The notes under the pieces were generated by a model. The model made no database searches. It worked only from the letters and a program-made list of their open reading frames with translations, and was not told the origin of the DNA. A stretch of 63,088 nt of DNA, the filler included. It is 6 parts of 6 records of this genome, joined end to end, with 100 filler letters (N's around TTAATTAATTAA, not from the genome) between each part and the next. Parts side by side here need not be neighbours in the genome. Positions count along the whole stretch, not along the records: positions 25,149 to 31,859 come from SRR31156797_19963; positions 31,960 to 42,893 come from SRR31156797_19971; 4 more parts are not named here. The stretch is one strand, 5' to 3'. Made by a program: the position numbers and the translations under genes. Positions within the stretch are counted from its first letter, which is position 1; every line of letters starts with the position of its first letter. Below, in pieces: positions 28,424 to 37,357 of the stretch.

Positions 28424-28859
28424 TTGCCGTTAGAAACGGGGTTTTAAAGTCCTAATACGGACGGGAGATACGCCCGGTAAAGTATCATAGTAATAGTTTA
28501 AGTGTAACAGGCTGTCGGATGATTTTAGATTCGGGTTATAAAGTCAAAACTTTATAATGGTTTCAAGCGTATTTACAAGATGTAGGAAAGTCGCCTGATT
28601 GAGGCCAACCAGAGCGGCAGCTAAAAAGCCGCACTTTTTATCATGTTGTAGCGACGTCTTGCAACCTGCTATCCAAATCAGTTGTTGCACTCTTATTTGT
28701 GACATGATAAAATTTTGTAAATTTTCCTCAATACCAACGCGGTCAGAACTGGTCGGGGAAATCGACGGCTGTTAATCAGATGGGGTTGATTGATAATACG
28801 GCCGTGTAAGGTTTTTCGCCGGAAAAGAACGCTCGTATTGCTTTTTTGAGGGACTAAAA

Positions 28860-29516
28860 TTGAGTAATTTGACAAATAAACCTGTTTTCATTGTCGGCCC
28901 AAAAAGAACCGAGCACGAACTGATGTGCGCCTTTTTAGAACGGGAAACGGGTTTTTCATGCAAAACATCAGGAAATGGGCAGCAAGTCGGACTGCCGACC
29001 AAGGAAGTGGCCGCGGGCCCCAGGCTGATTTTATGGGATTGCCTTGGTCGGGACATGGAAGAATGCTTAAAGCAGTTCGAGGACGACTCGGAGCACTGGA
29101 GTGCGAAGGACATTGTTGCTTTGTTCAATGTTCGGGCCAACATGGGCATAGAAGAGGAAGCCCTGGGTCTTGGCGTCAGGGGTTTTTTCTACGAAACCGA
29201 TGCGTTGGACTGCCTGGCCAAAGGCGTTAAATCCCTGTTTAACGGGGAACTCTGGATTTCCCGAGACGTATCGGCCAAAATCATAATGCGCAAAGGCATT
29301 ATTCGTAAGGAAAGGCCTCAAAAGTCCATAAACGGGCTAACCCAGAGAGAAGTGGAAATTCTGAAACTTGTGGCCGTGGGCGAAACAAATGAAGAAATAG
29401 CCCAGGAATTGAACATTAGTCCTCACACTGTCAGGACTCACCTGCACAACATTTTCAAGAAAATTCAGGTGCCGAACAGACTTCAGGCCGCTCTATGGGT
29501 TGCTGACCGCTTATGA
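28860..29516 (+). CDS. LuxR/CsgD-family transcriptional regulator (REC-like + HTH)
   Basis: GVRGFFY...GELWISR; LTQREVEILKLVAVG.TNEEIA..L.ISPHTVRTHLHNIFKKI. Confidence 0.87.
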   Translation: MSNLTNKPVFIVGPKRTEHELMCAFLERETGFSCKTSGNGQQVGLPTKEVAAGPRLILWDCLGRDMEECLKQFEDDSEHWSAKDIVALFNVRANMGIEEEALGLGVRGFFYETDALDCLAKGVKSLFNGELWISRDVSAKIIMRKGIIRKERPQKSINGLTQREVEILKLVAVGETNEEIAQELNISPHTVRTHLHNIFKKIQVPNRLQAALWVADRL

Positions 29517-29964
29517 TTTTCTAATCAGGCAGCCTCCCCCTTAATATTTTAAATTTCAGTACATCAACCGTGGATAATGGACTTTCCATTATCCTTTGAA
29601 TTTAATCAGGCGGATGATTTTCGTGCATCACCGGATTTTAAGCATCACAAAACATTGCCGACTATTTTTCATCTTTTGAATTCCTCCTCAATAGTGATGT
29701 AATTATTGTTTTACTCCCTGATTTTGCAGAAATATATCAGTGTTAATCCGACTTGCCTGCTGCAAGGATTATTTCCCATTAGTTCTTCATGTTGCAACAC
29801 GTGATAGCGCTTTGATTTACCTAAACGGCCCAACTAGGCGTTTCGTTGAGCATTTTGGCATCTCGCCGTAAACCCGGTCGAAATATCACGCCTGATAATA
29901 AATCCCAATCAGCTCAATATTCACAAGCTCATTATTACAATATAATCTATGGGTTCTAAAACAT

Positions 29965-29993
29965 TTGACAATCGGGCATTGAGGGGATAAATT
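29965..29993 (+). promoter_or_regulatory. Putative sigma70 promoter for the thiolase pair
   Basis: TTGACA (29965-70), 17-nt spacer, TAAATT (29988-93); GGGAGG RBS before ATG 30038. Confidence 0.5.
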
Positions 29994-30037
29994 TCTTCAA
30001 TCGCTCCGCTACTACTATATCGCGGGAGGTATCTATT

Positions 30038-31219
30038 ATGCGAGATGTTGTCATCGTCAGCGCGGTCCGTACTTCGATCGGCGCTTTTGCTGGTGTGCTT
30101 TCAAATCTTTCCGCTGTTGAAATGGGCGCCAGAGTAATTTTGGAGGCTGTTTCCCGCGCTGGACTGGAACCGAATCAAGTCGACGAAGTAATAATGGGCA
30201 ATGTCCTTCCCGCGGGCCTGGGACAAAACCCGGCGCGCCAGGCCATGCTTAAAGCCGGGCTGCCTTATAACGTCGGCGCCATAACTGTCAACAAGGTATG
30301 CGGATCGGGTCTTAAATCCGTGATGCTGGCCGCCCAGGCCATTGCCTGCGGCGACGCCGAAGTTGTGATTGCCGGCGGAATGGAAAACATGAACCTGGCG
30401 CCGTATTACCTGAGCAAGGCCAGAACCGGATACCGGATGGGAACGACCAAAGCGGTTGACGGCATGCTGCACGACGGTCTTTGGGATCATGTAAATGATT
30501 TCCACATGGGGATGTCCGCGGAACTGTGCGCTGAAAAATACAGCGTTTCCCGGGAAGAACAGGACGATTACGCGGCCATGTCCTATAGTCGAGCCATACA
30601 GGCCAGGAATGCCGGGTTGTTTGAGGATGAAATAATGCCCCTGGAGTTGCCGCAACGAAAGGGTGAAAAAATATTATTCAAAACCGATGAAGTCATCCGC
30701 GAAACAAGCTTGGAAACCCTGAGTAAAATGGGCCCGGCCTTTAAAAAGGACGGAACCGTAACGGCCGGCAATTCTTCTAAAATTAGCGACGGCGCCGCAG
30801 CCGTGGTTGTAACTTCCGCTGAATATACGAAAAAGAACAACCTGAGGGTTCTGGCCAAGGTTGGGGCCCAGGCTTCGGACGGCCTTGATCCCAAGTATGT
30901 TCTGGTCGCTCCGATCAAGGCTATTCCCAAGGCGCTTGGAAAAGCCGGATTAGAAACAACGGATGTGGATATTTGGGAAATAAACGAGGCTTTTTCATCA
31001 TCTACAATAGCGGTCATTAAGGAACTCGGGCTGAATCCGGATATAGTCAACGTAAACGGGGGTTCCGTGGCCATGGGTCATCCCATAGGCGCTTCAGGGA
31101 CCAGGTTGCTGGTTACTCTGCTTTATGAAATGGAGCGTCGCGACGCCAAAAGAGGCTTGGCTTCCCTGTGTTTGGGCGGAGGCGAAGCCGTGGCATTGGT
31201 TGTTGAACGGAATAATTAA
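30038..31219 (+). CDS. Acetyl-CoA C-acetyltransferase (thiolase)
   Basis: NKVCGSG, TAGNSS.ISDGAAA, EINEAF, GHPIGASG, SLCLGGG. Confidence 0.95.
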   Translation: MRDVVIVSAVRTSIGAFAGVLSNLSAVEMGARVILEAVSRAGLEPNQVDEVIMGNVLPAGLGQNPARQAMLKAGLPYNVGAITVNKVCGSGLKSVMLAAQAIACGDAEVVIAGGMENMNLAPYYLSKARTGYRMGTTKAVDGMLHDGLWDHVNDFHMGMSAELCAEKYSVSREEQDDYAAMSYSRAIQARNAGLFEDEIMPLELPQRKGEKILFKTDEVIRETSLETLSKMGPAFKKDGTVTAGNSSKISDGAAAVVVTSAEYTKKNNLRVLAKVGAQASDGLDPKYVLVAPIKAIPKALGKAGLETTDVDIWEINEAFSSSTIAVIKELGLNPDIVNVNGGSVAMGHPIGASGTRLLVTLLYEMERRDAKRGLASLCLGGGEAVALVVERNN

Positions 31220-31268
31220 TATGGTTTTAGACCATTTGTGCATGTAATTATCGAATGAGGAGGGACTA

Positions 31269-31859
31269 ATGAAGGACATAGTTATCGCCGGCGCCGCAAG
31301 GACTCCGATAGGCAGATTCGGCGGCAGTTTAAAAGATATTCCCGCGGTGGAATTAGGCGTTACGGCCATGAAGGAAGCTTTGAGCAGGGCCGGAGTAAAA
31401 CCGGAAGAAGTTGACGAGGTTATACTCGGCAACGTTCTGCAGGCCGCCCAGGGGCAGAATCCGGCTCGTCAGGTAACCCTGAACGGCGGATGCCCGCACA
31501 CCACCACTGCGACCACCATAAACAAGGTCTGCGCATCAGGATTAAAATCCGTGGCCATGGCTGCCCAGGCTATCAATGCCGATGATGCGGACATAATTGT
31601 GGCCGGCGGAATGGAAAACATGAGCGCCTGTCCCTTTTACGTAACCAAGGCCCGCTGGGGGGCCAGGATGGGCGACACTGAAATGGTTGACGGCATGGTT
31701 TTTGACGGCCTGACCGACATATTCAATCGTTACCATATGGGAATCACGGCGGAAAACGTGGCGGAAAAATACAACATCAGCCGCCAGGAACAGGACGAAT
31801 TCGCCGTAGCCAGCCAAAACAAGGCGGAAGCGGCTATCAAGGCCGGCAAATTTCAGGAT
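31269..31859 (+). CDS. Second thiolase, 3'-truncated
   Basis: [37 protein letters not shown]. Confidence 0.92.
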
Positions 31860-31959
31860 NNNNNNNNNNNNNNNNNNNNNNNNNNNNNNNNNNNNNNNNN
31901 NNNTTAATTAATTAANNNNNNNNNNNNNNNNNNNNNNNNNNNNNNNNNNNNNNNNNNNN
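31860..31959. other. Artificial contig spacer
   Basis: N44-TTAATTAATTAA-N44. Confidence 0.98.
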
Positions 31960-32160
31960 AAGATTTTCGACCCCTATTTTACCACCAAGCACAAAAGCAG
32001 TCTTCACAAAGGGACGGGTTTGGGTCTGTTTATCACCCACAAGAATATGCAGGATCACGGCGGGACCGTTGAGGTAAAGAGTTCCATAAACGTGGGAACA
32101 TCGTTTTTTTTGACCCTGCCCCTTCAACCCTGTGCCCCTTTTCAGACCAAGGAGATTTAG
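31960..32160 (+). CDS. Sensor histidine kinase, C-terminal HATPase fragment (5'-truncated; not in ORF track)
   Basis: Translates KIFDPYFTTKHKSSLHKGTGLGLFITHKNMQDHGGTVEVKS...GTSFFLTLP (F and G2 boxes); stop at 32158-32160. Confidence 0.88.
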   Translation, partial: KIFDPYFTTKHKSSLHKGTGLGLFITHKNMQDHGGTVEVKSSINVGTSFFLTLPLQPCAPFQTKEI

Positions 32161-32166
32161 CGTCTT

Positions 32167-33315
32167 ATGCGGATCAAAAAGGTTAGAATCTACCAACTGG
32201 CCCTCCCTTTCAAAGGAGAATTTTCAATTTCCCGAAAAAGAAAAACCCACTCCGAAATTATCGTTTTAGAGATGATAGCGGAAACTTCGGCCGCCAGGGG
32301 GTACGGGGAAGGCGTGCCCATACGGGTTGTCACCGGAGAGACGCCTGAAAGCGTCATCGATGACGTTTTCCGTTTTTTGGATGAGCCGTTCTTTCCCTGG
32401 GAACTTCATGATGTTTCCCAGATTTGGAATTTTGTGGATGGATTTCCGGATGGAAAGACCCATAATGCTGCCATCTGCGCCATGGAGATGGCACTTCTGG
32501 ATAGTTTTGGGAAACATCAGGACAGGCCTGTTATGGATTTTTTTCCCCATACCCACCTGGCCGACGTTGTCCATTACGGGGCCCCTGTTACTCTGGGAAA
32601 CGAAAACCGGGTCGCCATGCTCTGCAAATGGATAAAAGCCCTTGGTATCAGCCGGATACGGATCAAAATGGGGAAATCTCTTGAACAGAACAGATACGCG
32701 CTTGAGACAGCGGTTTCGGTGTTGGGCCATGATTGTGAGTTGAGAATAGACCCCAACGGCGCATGGGATCGAGATCTGGCCTTAAGGCACCTTCCGCTTT
32801 TGGTGAAGCACAAGGTGAACATTGTGGAAGAACCCATGGAAAAAGACGCACACGGATTTCCCGAATTTGCCGCCGCCCTTGATTCGGAAGGGATCATTTT
32901 GATGGCCTGTGAATCCGCACCCACATTGGATGATATTAAAAGAATAATTGACGAAGGATTCTACCGGATGATCAACGTCAAACTGTGTCGGAGCGGCGGA
33001 TTTCGAAAAGCCATTCGGATGATCGATCACATTCGGAAAAGCCCCCTTTCCTTTCAAATCGGATGTACCCTGGGGGAGTCCGGGATCCTTTCGGCGGCGG
33101 GGAGAGCGTTGTGCCTTCTTTCGAAAGATGCCGTAAATTATGACGGCTCTTATGACCGGTTTCTGCTGAAAGAGAATACGACCATGGAACCCGTCTCCTT
33201 CGGAGCAAAGGGCGAGGCCGGTCCACTTAAAGATCCCGGTTTGGGAATAGAGGTGAACCGACGCTCCTTGCAGCGTTTGTCCTTATGGCCCGCCATCACC
33301 ATAAAACGGCCCTGA
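32167..33315 (+). CDS. Enolase-superfamily enzyme (MLE / dipeptide-epimerase subgroup)
   Basis: GYGEG, RIKMG, LRIDPNGAW, VEEP, ACES, NVKL..SGG, PGLGIEV; variant RxK and CES motifs. Confidence 0.82.
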   Translation: MRIKKVRIYQLALPFKGEFSISRKRKTHSEIIVLEMIAETSAARGYGEGVPIRVVTGETPESVIDDVFRFLDEPFFPWELHDVSQIWNFVDGFPDGKTHNAAICAMEMALLDSFGKHQDRPVMDFFPHTHLADVVHYGAPVTLGNENRVAMLCKWIKALGISRIRIKMGKSLEQNRYALETAVSVLGHDCELRIDPNGAWDRDLALRHLPLLVKHKVNIVEEPMEKDAHGFPEFAAALDSEGIILMACESAPTLDDIKRIIDEGFYRMINVKLCRSGGFRKAIRMIDHIRKSPLSFQIGCTLGESGILSAAGRALCLLSKDAVNYDGSYDRFLLKENTTMEPVSFGAKGEAGPLKDPGLGIEVNRRSLQRLSLWPAITIKRP

Positions 33316-33352
33316 GGGAAAATATCAGGGCATAAGCAAAGGGAATACTCAA

Positions 33353-34168
33353 ATGAACCATGGATTAAATTATTCACAATGGAAAGCGGAGCATCGATCC
33401 ATCCTAGAAAATTTTCCTAAAAAAGAGATATTCTTTCTGTTCTCCGCGGGAAAAGATTCCTCCCTGGCCATGGATTTTCTATTAAGGGCGGGGAAGGAAT
33501 TCGGATTCGGTTTTGAGGCCCATGCCGGTGCTTTTCCGGTTCACCGATACGACCGGGCGGAGCAAAAGAGAATCTCCTCTTACTGGCAAGATCGCGGCAT
33601 CAATCCCGTATGGCATGAACCTGCAGAGACGGACGCAACGCTCGAAACAACGGAAACACCCTGTTTGAAATGCCAGGCCGTCCGAAAGAAAATGTTAAGG
33701 CCTTTTTTATGGAAACGGGTCAAAAACTGGAACAACCTGGTTATCGTCACCAGTTACAGCCTGTGGGATCTCGTAAGTTATGGCGTGGAACAGATGCTGA
33801 CATCCCTGTTACGTGACGTTAAAGAAGAAGCAGGAGAGAGAAATAAACGGCGGATGATGGAAACGGCACAGAGATTCCATCCCTTCCTGAAAATGAAGGA
33901 AGGGTACGCCGTTTTCAGGCCACTGATAAGGTACAACGGGCGTGACATACAGGATCAGGTTGAAAAAGACAACATTCCAACCCTCAAAACGCCATGCAGA
34001 TTCAAGGATCAGCGGCCAAAACGGTTGCTCGAAAAATATTACGAGAAGCTGGAAATGGGGTTTGACTACGATAAACTCCTCCAATATGCCGAAAAGGCCC
34101 TGTATTTTCCGGATGTCTCAACATGGACCGCCATGGACCGGGATGAATATCTGGATAAATATTTTTAA
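33353..34168 (+). CDS. PP-loop (TtcA-like) adenylating protein
   Basis: FSAGKDSSL PP-loop variant, PCLKC...RKK, FRPL, PCRF. Confidence 0.65.
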   Translation: MNHGLNYSQWKAEHRSILENFPKKEIFFLFSAGKDSSLAMDFLLRAGKEFGFGFEAHAGAFPVHRYDRAEQKRISSYWQDRGINPVWHEPAETDATLETTETPCLKCQAVRKKMLRPFLWKRVKNWNNLVIVTSYSLWDLVSYGVEQMLTSLLRDVKEEAGERNKRRMMETAQRFHPFLKMKEGYAVFRPLIRYNGRDIQDQVEKDNIPTLKTPCRFKDQRPKRLLEKYYEKLEMGFDYDKLLQYAEKALYFPDVSTWTAMDRDEYLDKYF

Positions 34169-34180
34169 ATATGGCCCTTT

Positions 34181-35089
34181 TTAAATCATATTGAATCGGG
34201 AAATATCTTTTTCCAGCCCCTCAATTTCATCTTCAAGGGCTTCCATGGCCAATATCTGATGGGGTCGCACCGAATGGGCCGGCAGCGCCTTTTCCCGGTT
34301 CAGAAGTTCTTCTTTCAAAGACGTCAATCGTTCGGTCTTTTCCTTCTTTTCCTCTTGCAACAAGGCTTCCACATCCCGTACCGCTTTGACAAAATCGCCG
34401 ACTTTCAGGAAGTCCTTCTCAAATCGGATGGGTGCTCCCCGTTGGTCCACCCGGTTGGTCAGGGTGCAGCTGTCGGCCCCCGCAGCCCGTACGGAAATTA
34501 ACGCATCACGAACATTATCAGGGGACAATCCACCGGCCAGAATAACCGGAATGGCGCTTTGACGAATCAGCCCTTGCGCCACTTCTTGGTCCACCGTTTC
34601 TCCCGTTATGCCGATAAAACCCTCCACCGGCGCGTCTTCCTTCCATGTGTCCGTCAAGAAAAGGTCGCTTATATGTTCAAAGGCCCCGGCCATCTGAAGG
34701 GATGGAAAATCGGGACCATCCCCTTTTCCAGGGATGGGAATGGTCCTGATGATGCCGATTTCGGGAAATTTTTGCTTCACGGTCTCTTGAAATTGGACAA
34801 TTTTTTTCAATCCGGTGATTTCCCCATTTACGTTCGTCAGGGCATCACAAAAATGGATGTAATGGGGCCTGTAATAGTCAAGAACCCGGCAAACCGTATC
34901 CAGATCCCGGAAAAGGGGGATCATGCTGCTTTTGTGTTGGGTCCCGTCCGTTAAACGGATGGTCTCCCGCAGAAGCGGCAGGCGCCACTCATCCCGGCTC
35001 AGAATGACGCTTCCCAAATGATCCACCCCCGCTTCAATGCATTTTTCCCCTTCCCGCGGGGTCTGGATTTCATATATTTGAACAATCAT
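34181..35089 (-). CDS. TrpF-like (phosphoribosylanthranilate isomerase fold) protein with C-terminal coiled-coil extension
   Basis: IVQIYEI, AGVDHLG, FLTDT, IGITG, PVILAGGLSPDNV, GADSCT. Confidence 0.7.
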   Translation of the reverse strand: MIVQIYEIQTPREGEKCIEAGVDHLGSVILSRDEWRLPLLRETIRLTDGTQHKSSMIPLFRDLDTVCRVLDYYRPHYIHFCDALTNVNGEITGLKKIVQFQETVKQKFPEIGIIRTIPIPGKGDGPDFPSLQMAGAFEHISDLFLTDTWKEDAPVEGFIGITGETVDQEVAQGLIRQSAIPVILAGGLSPDNVRDALISVRAAGADSCTLTNRVDQRGAPIRFEKDFLKVGDFVKAVRDVEALLQEEKKEKTERLTSLKEELLNREKALPAHSVRPHQILAMEALEDEIEGLEKDISRFNMI

Positions 35090-35097
35090 GGTACCCT

Positions 35098-36042
35098 CTA
35101 TTGCACGTTCAGGGGTTCTTCGCCCCGTTCAATCCGCCTGATGTTTTCAGCGACACCCGCCACAATGCCCCGCATGGAATCATCGGTTGATCCGGCGATG
35201 TGGGGGGTGGCAATGAGATTTTGCCTGAATATGGGATCTTCAGGATCGGGCGGTTCCTCCCAGAACACATCCAGCCCGGCACCGGCAATGAGACCTTCCG
35301 AAAGCGCTTGCATCAGGGCTTCCCGGTCAACCAGCCCCCCCCTTGACACGTTAATCAGAAAGGCCCCCGGTTTCATGGATCCAAAGGCCCCATGATCCAT
35401 GAGGTTCAGGCTTTCAGAGGTCACAGGGAGGCAGAGCACCACATAATCCGATTTCCCTAGAAGTTCAGATAGGTTTTCCGGCCCACCAACCCATTCCAAG
35501 CCCAAAGCCTTTTTGGCTTCGGCCCGGCGGCTGCGCTTGATGCCCGCCAACGTCACATCGAAGGGTTTCAATCTTTTAATCAAGGCCCTGCCAATACCGC
35601 CAAGACCCACAATCCCGACGGTTTTTCCCCGCAAAGCCATGCCCTGGGGCTCTCCCATTCGGCCCTCATGGAGACTGTTTGCCGTCTTAGGGATATTCCT
35701 GGACAAACCGATCATCAAGTAAATGGCCAGTTCAGCCACCGAATCGGCATTTCCGGAAATATCGGTGGGTACATTGGCCACCTTTATGCCCAATTTCTTT
35801 GCTGCTGCCACATCGACGCTTTCGAGACCCGAGCCGCATTGCTGAATCAATCGAAGCCGGTCGTGGGTCATTAATATTTCCTTCGTGATAAGACCCATGG
35901 TGGGAATCAATACATCCGCCCCGGCGAGGCTGTCTACTCCGAATCGTCCGGTGGCCTCAAAGTCATGATGAGGAATTTTGGATCGTAACAGTCCCAGAAA
36001 CCCGCCCCAGGCGTTTTCAGGCGCTGCAAAAAGTATTTTCAT
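35098..36042 (-). CDS. D-isomer-specific 2-hydroxyacid dehydrogenase
   Basis: NADSVAE, GIVGLGGIG, LINVSRGG, GLDVFWEEP, TPHIAG. Confidence 0.92.
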   Translation of the reverse strand: MKILFAAPENAWGGFLGLLRSKIPHHDFEATGRFGVDSLAGADVLIPTMGLITKEILMTHDRLRLIQQCGSGLESVDVAAAKKLGIKVANVPTDISGNADSVAELAIYLMIGLSRNIPKTANSLHEGRMGEPQGMALRGKTVGIVGLGGIGRALIKRLKPFDVTLAGIKRSRRAEAKKALGLEWVGGPENLSELLGKSDYVVLCLPVTSESLNLMDHGAFGSMKPGAFLINVSRGGLVDREALMQALSEGLIAGAGLDVFWEEPPDPEDPIFRQNLIATPHIAGSTDDSMRGIVAGVAENIRRIERGEEPLNVQ

Positions 36043-36185
36043 GGTTTATCGCCTCCCGTAAATGACCCTAAAGAGCGGCCAGCATATTTTATTTTTGTCC
36101 AATCTGAAAGCATAAAATTGCGGGTTGCCATGACTGATGGAAGGGGCTATGATCGTTGACAATGATACAGGGAGGGAAACACCTA

Positions 36186-37202
36186 ATGAAAAAGAGACTG
36201 CTGGATCTTGGAAAACTGGCCCATGAACTCAAAAGGAAAGGGAAACTTAAGCAAGCGGAAGAAACCTATCGAGAGCTACTGAATCTGGATCAATACAATA
36301 CCTATGCCCTTGTGGGGCTCGGCGACCTGAAACGAAGGGCCAGGGCCTTTGAAGCGTCCATCGGCTTTTACAGAGAGTGCCTTTCCGTTGAACGCGACAA
36401 CTGGCATGCCCTTGTGGGGCTGGGGGACGCTTATCGCGGTTTAAGAAATCTGGATGAGGCGCTAACCGCCTGGTATCGTTGCCTGAAGCTTCGTCCCCAT
36501 GATCACAAAACCATGACAAGGGTGGCTGATTGCCTGAAAAAAAAGGGAGATTTTGAGACTTCAAAAAAATACTATTTAATGGCGCTCAAAATGAGCCCTT
36601 ATGATCCCTATGCGCTGATGGGCATGGGCCAAATTGCGGTTATGGAAAAAGACGATGATAAGGCCCTAGATTTTTTTGAGCGGGTGCTTGAGGCATCTCC
36701 CAATTCCGTCATTGCGCTTACGGCAGCTGCGAATATTCATCGAAAAAGGCGGGATTTTAAAGACGCGATCCTTCTTTACGATCAAGCGCTCAAAATCAAT
36801 CCCAGGAATTCACATGCATGGCATGGAAAGGCAGACTGCCTGCGTGGCAAAAAAGAATATACATCCGCCATCGGCGCCTGGAACAGGGCACTTGAAAACG
36901 GTATGGACCGGAGGGTCGGTCTCAGCCGAATTGGGGATTCCTACATTCGGTTACACGATCTCAATATGGCTGAAACCAATTATAAAAAGGCCATGGCAAT
37001 CGGGTATGACAAATATGCTTTCCTGGGGATTTCAAAGATCCACGAAATGCGGGGACAACCGGAAAAAGCCCTGGAAATTTTATCCATACTGGTCCGCAGG
37101 GAGCCGAAAGATCAGCGTATTTACATGGAGTCCAGAAAATTCGTCAATAAGTATCCCGACATGGTAAAAACCTTTTCCATGCCCGGCGGCCCTGATACAT
37201 AG
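36186..37202 (+). CDS. Tetratricopeptide-repeat protein
   Basis: Repeated ALVGLGD..R / A...Y..AL...P TPR units; GGAGGG RBS before ATG 36186. Confidence 0.85.
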   Translation: MKKRLLDLGKLAHELKRKGKLKQAEETYRELLNLDQYNTYALVGLGDLKRRARAFEASIGFYRECLSVERDNWHALVGLGDAYRGLRNLDEALTAWYRCLKLRPHDHKTMTRVADCLKKKGDFETSKKYYLMALKMSPYDPYALMGMGQIAVMEKDDDKALDFFERVLEASPNSVIALTAAANIHRKRRDFKDAILLYDQALKINPRNSHAWHGKADCLRGKKEYTSAIGAWNRALENGMDRRVGLSRIGDSYIRLHDLNMAETNYKKAMAIGYDKYAFLGISKIHEMRGQPEKALEILSILVRREPKDQRIYMESRKFVNKYPDMVKTFSMPGGPDT

Positions 37203-37357
37203 CAGGATTTTTTCAAGATGCATTGTCGTTGACTTTGCTTCATCATTTCCCTAACATACCGCTGTTTACGGTTGCCCGTTGTCGGTTTGCGGGTGTTTCA
37301 GGCGTGAACCGATAATGGAATACCGCCATATTTCTGTTTTGGAGGTGGATACCCCCT

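Noticed and set aside
28505-28671. MITE-like element with ends TAACAGGCTGTCGGA / TCTTGCAACCTGCTA
   Set aside because: Only 10/15 inverted-repeat match, single copy, no clear target duplication
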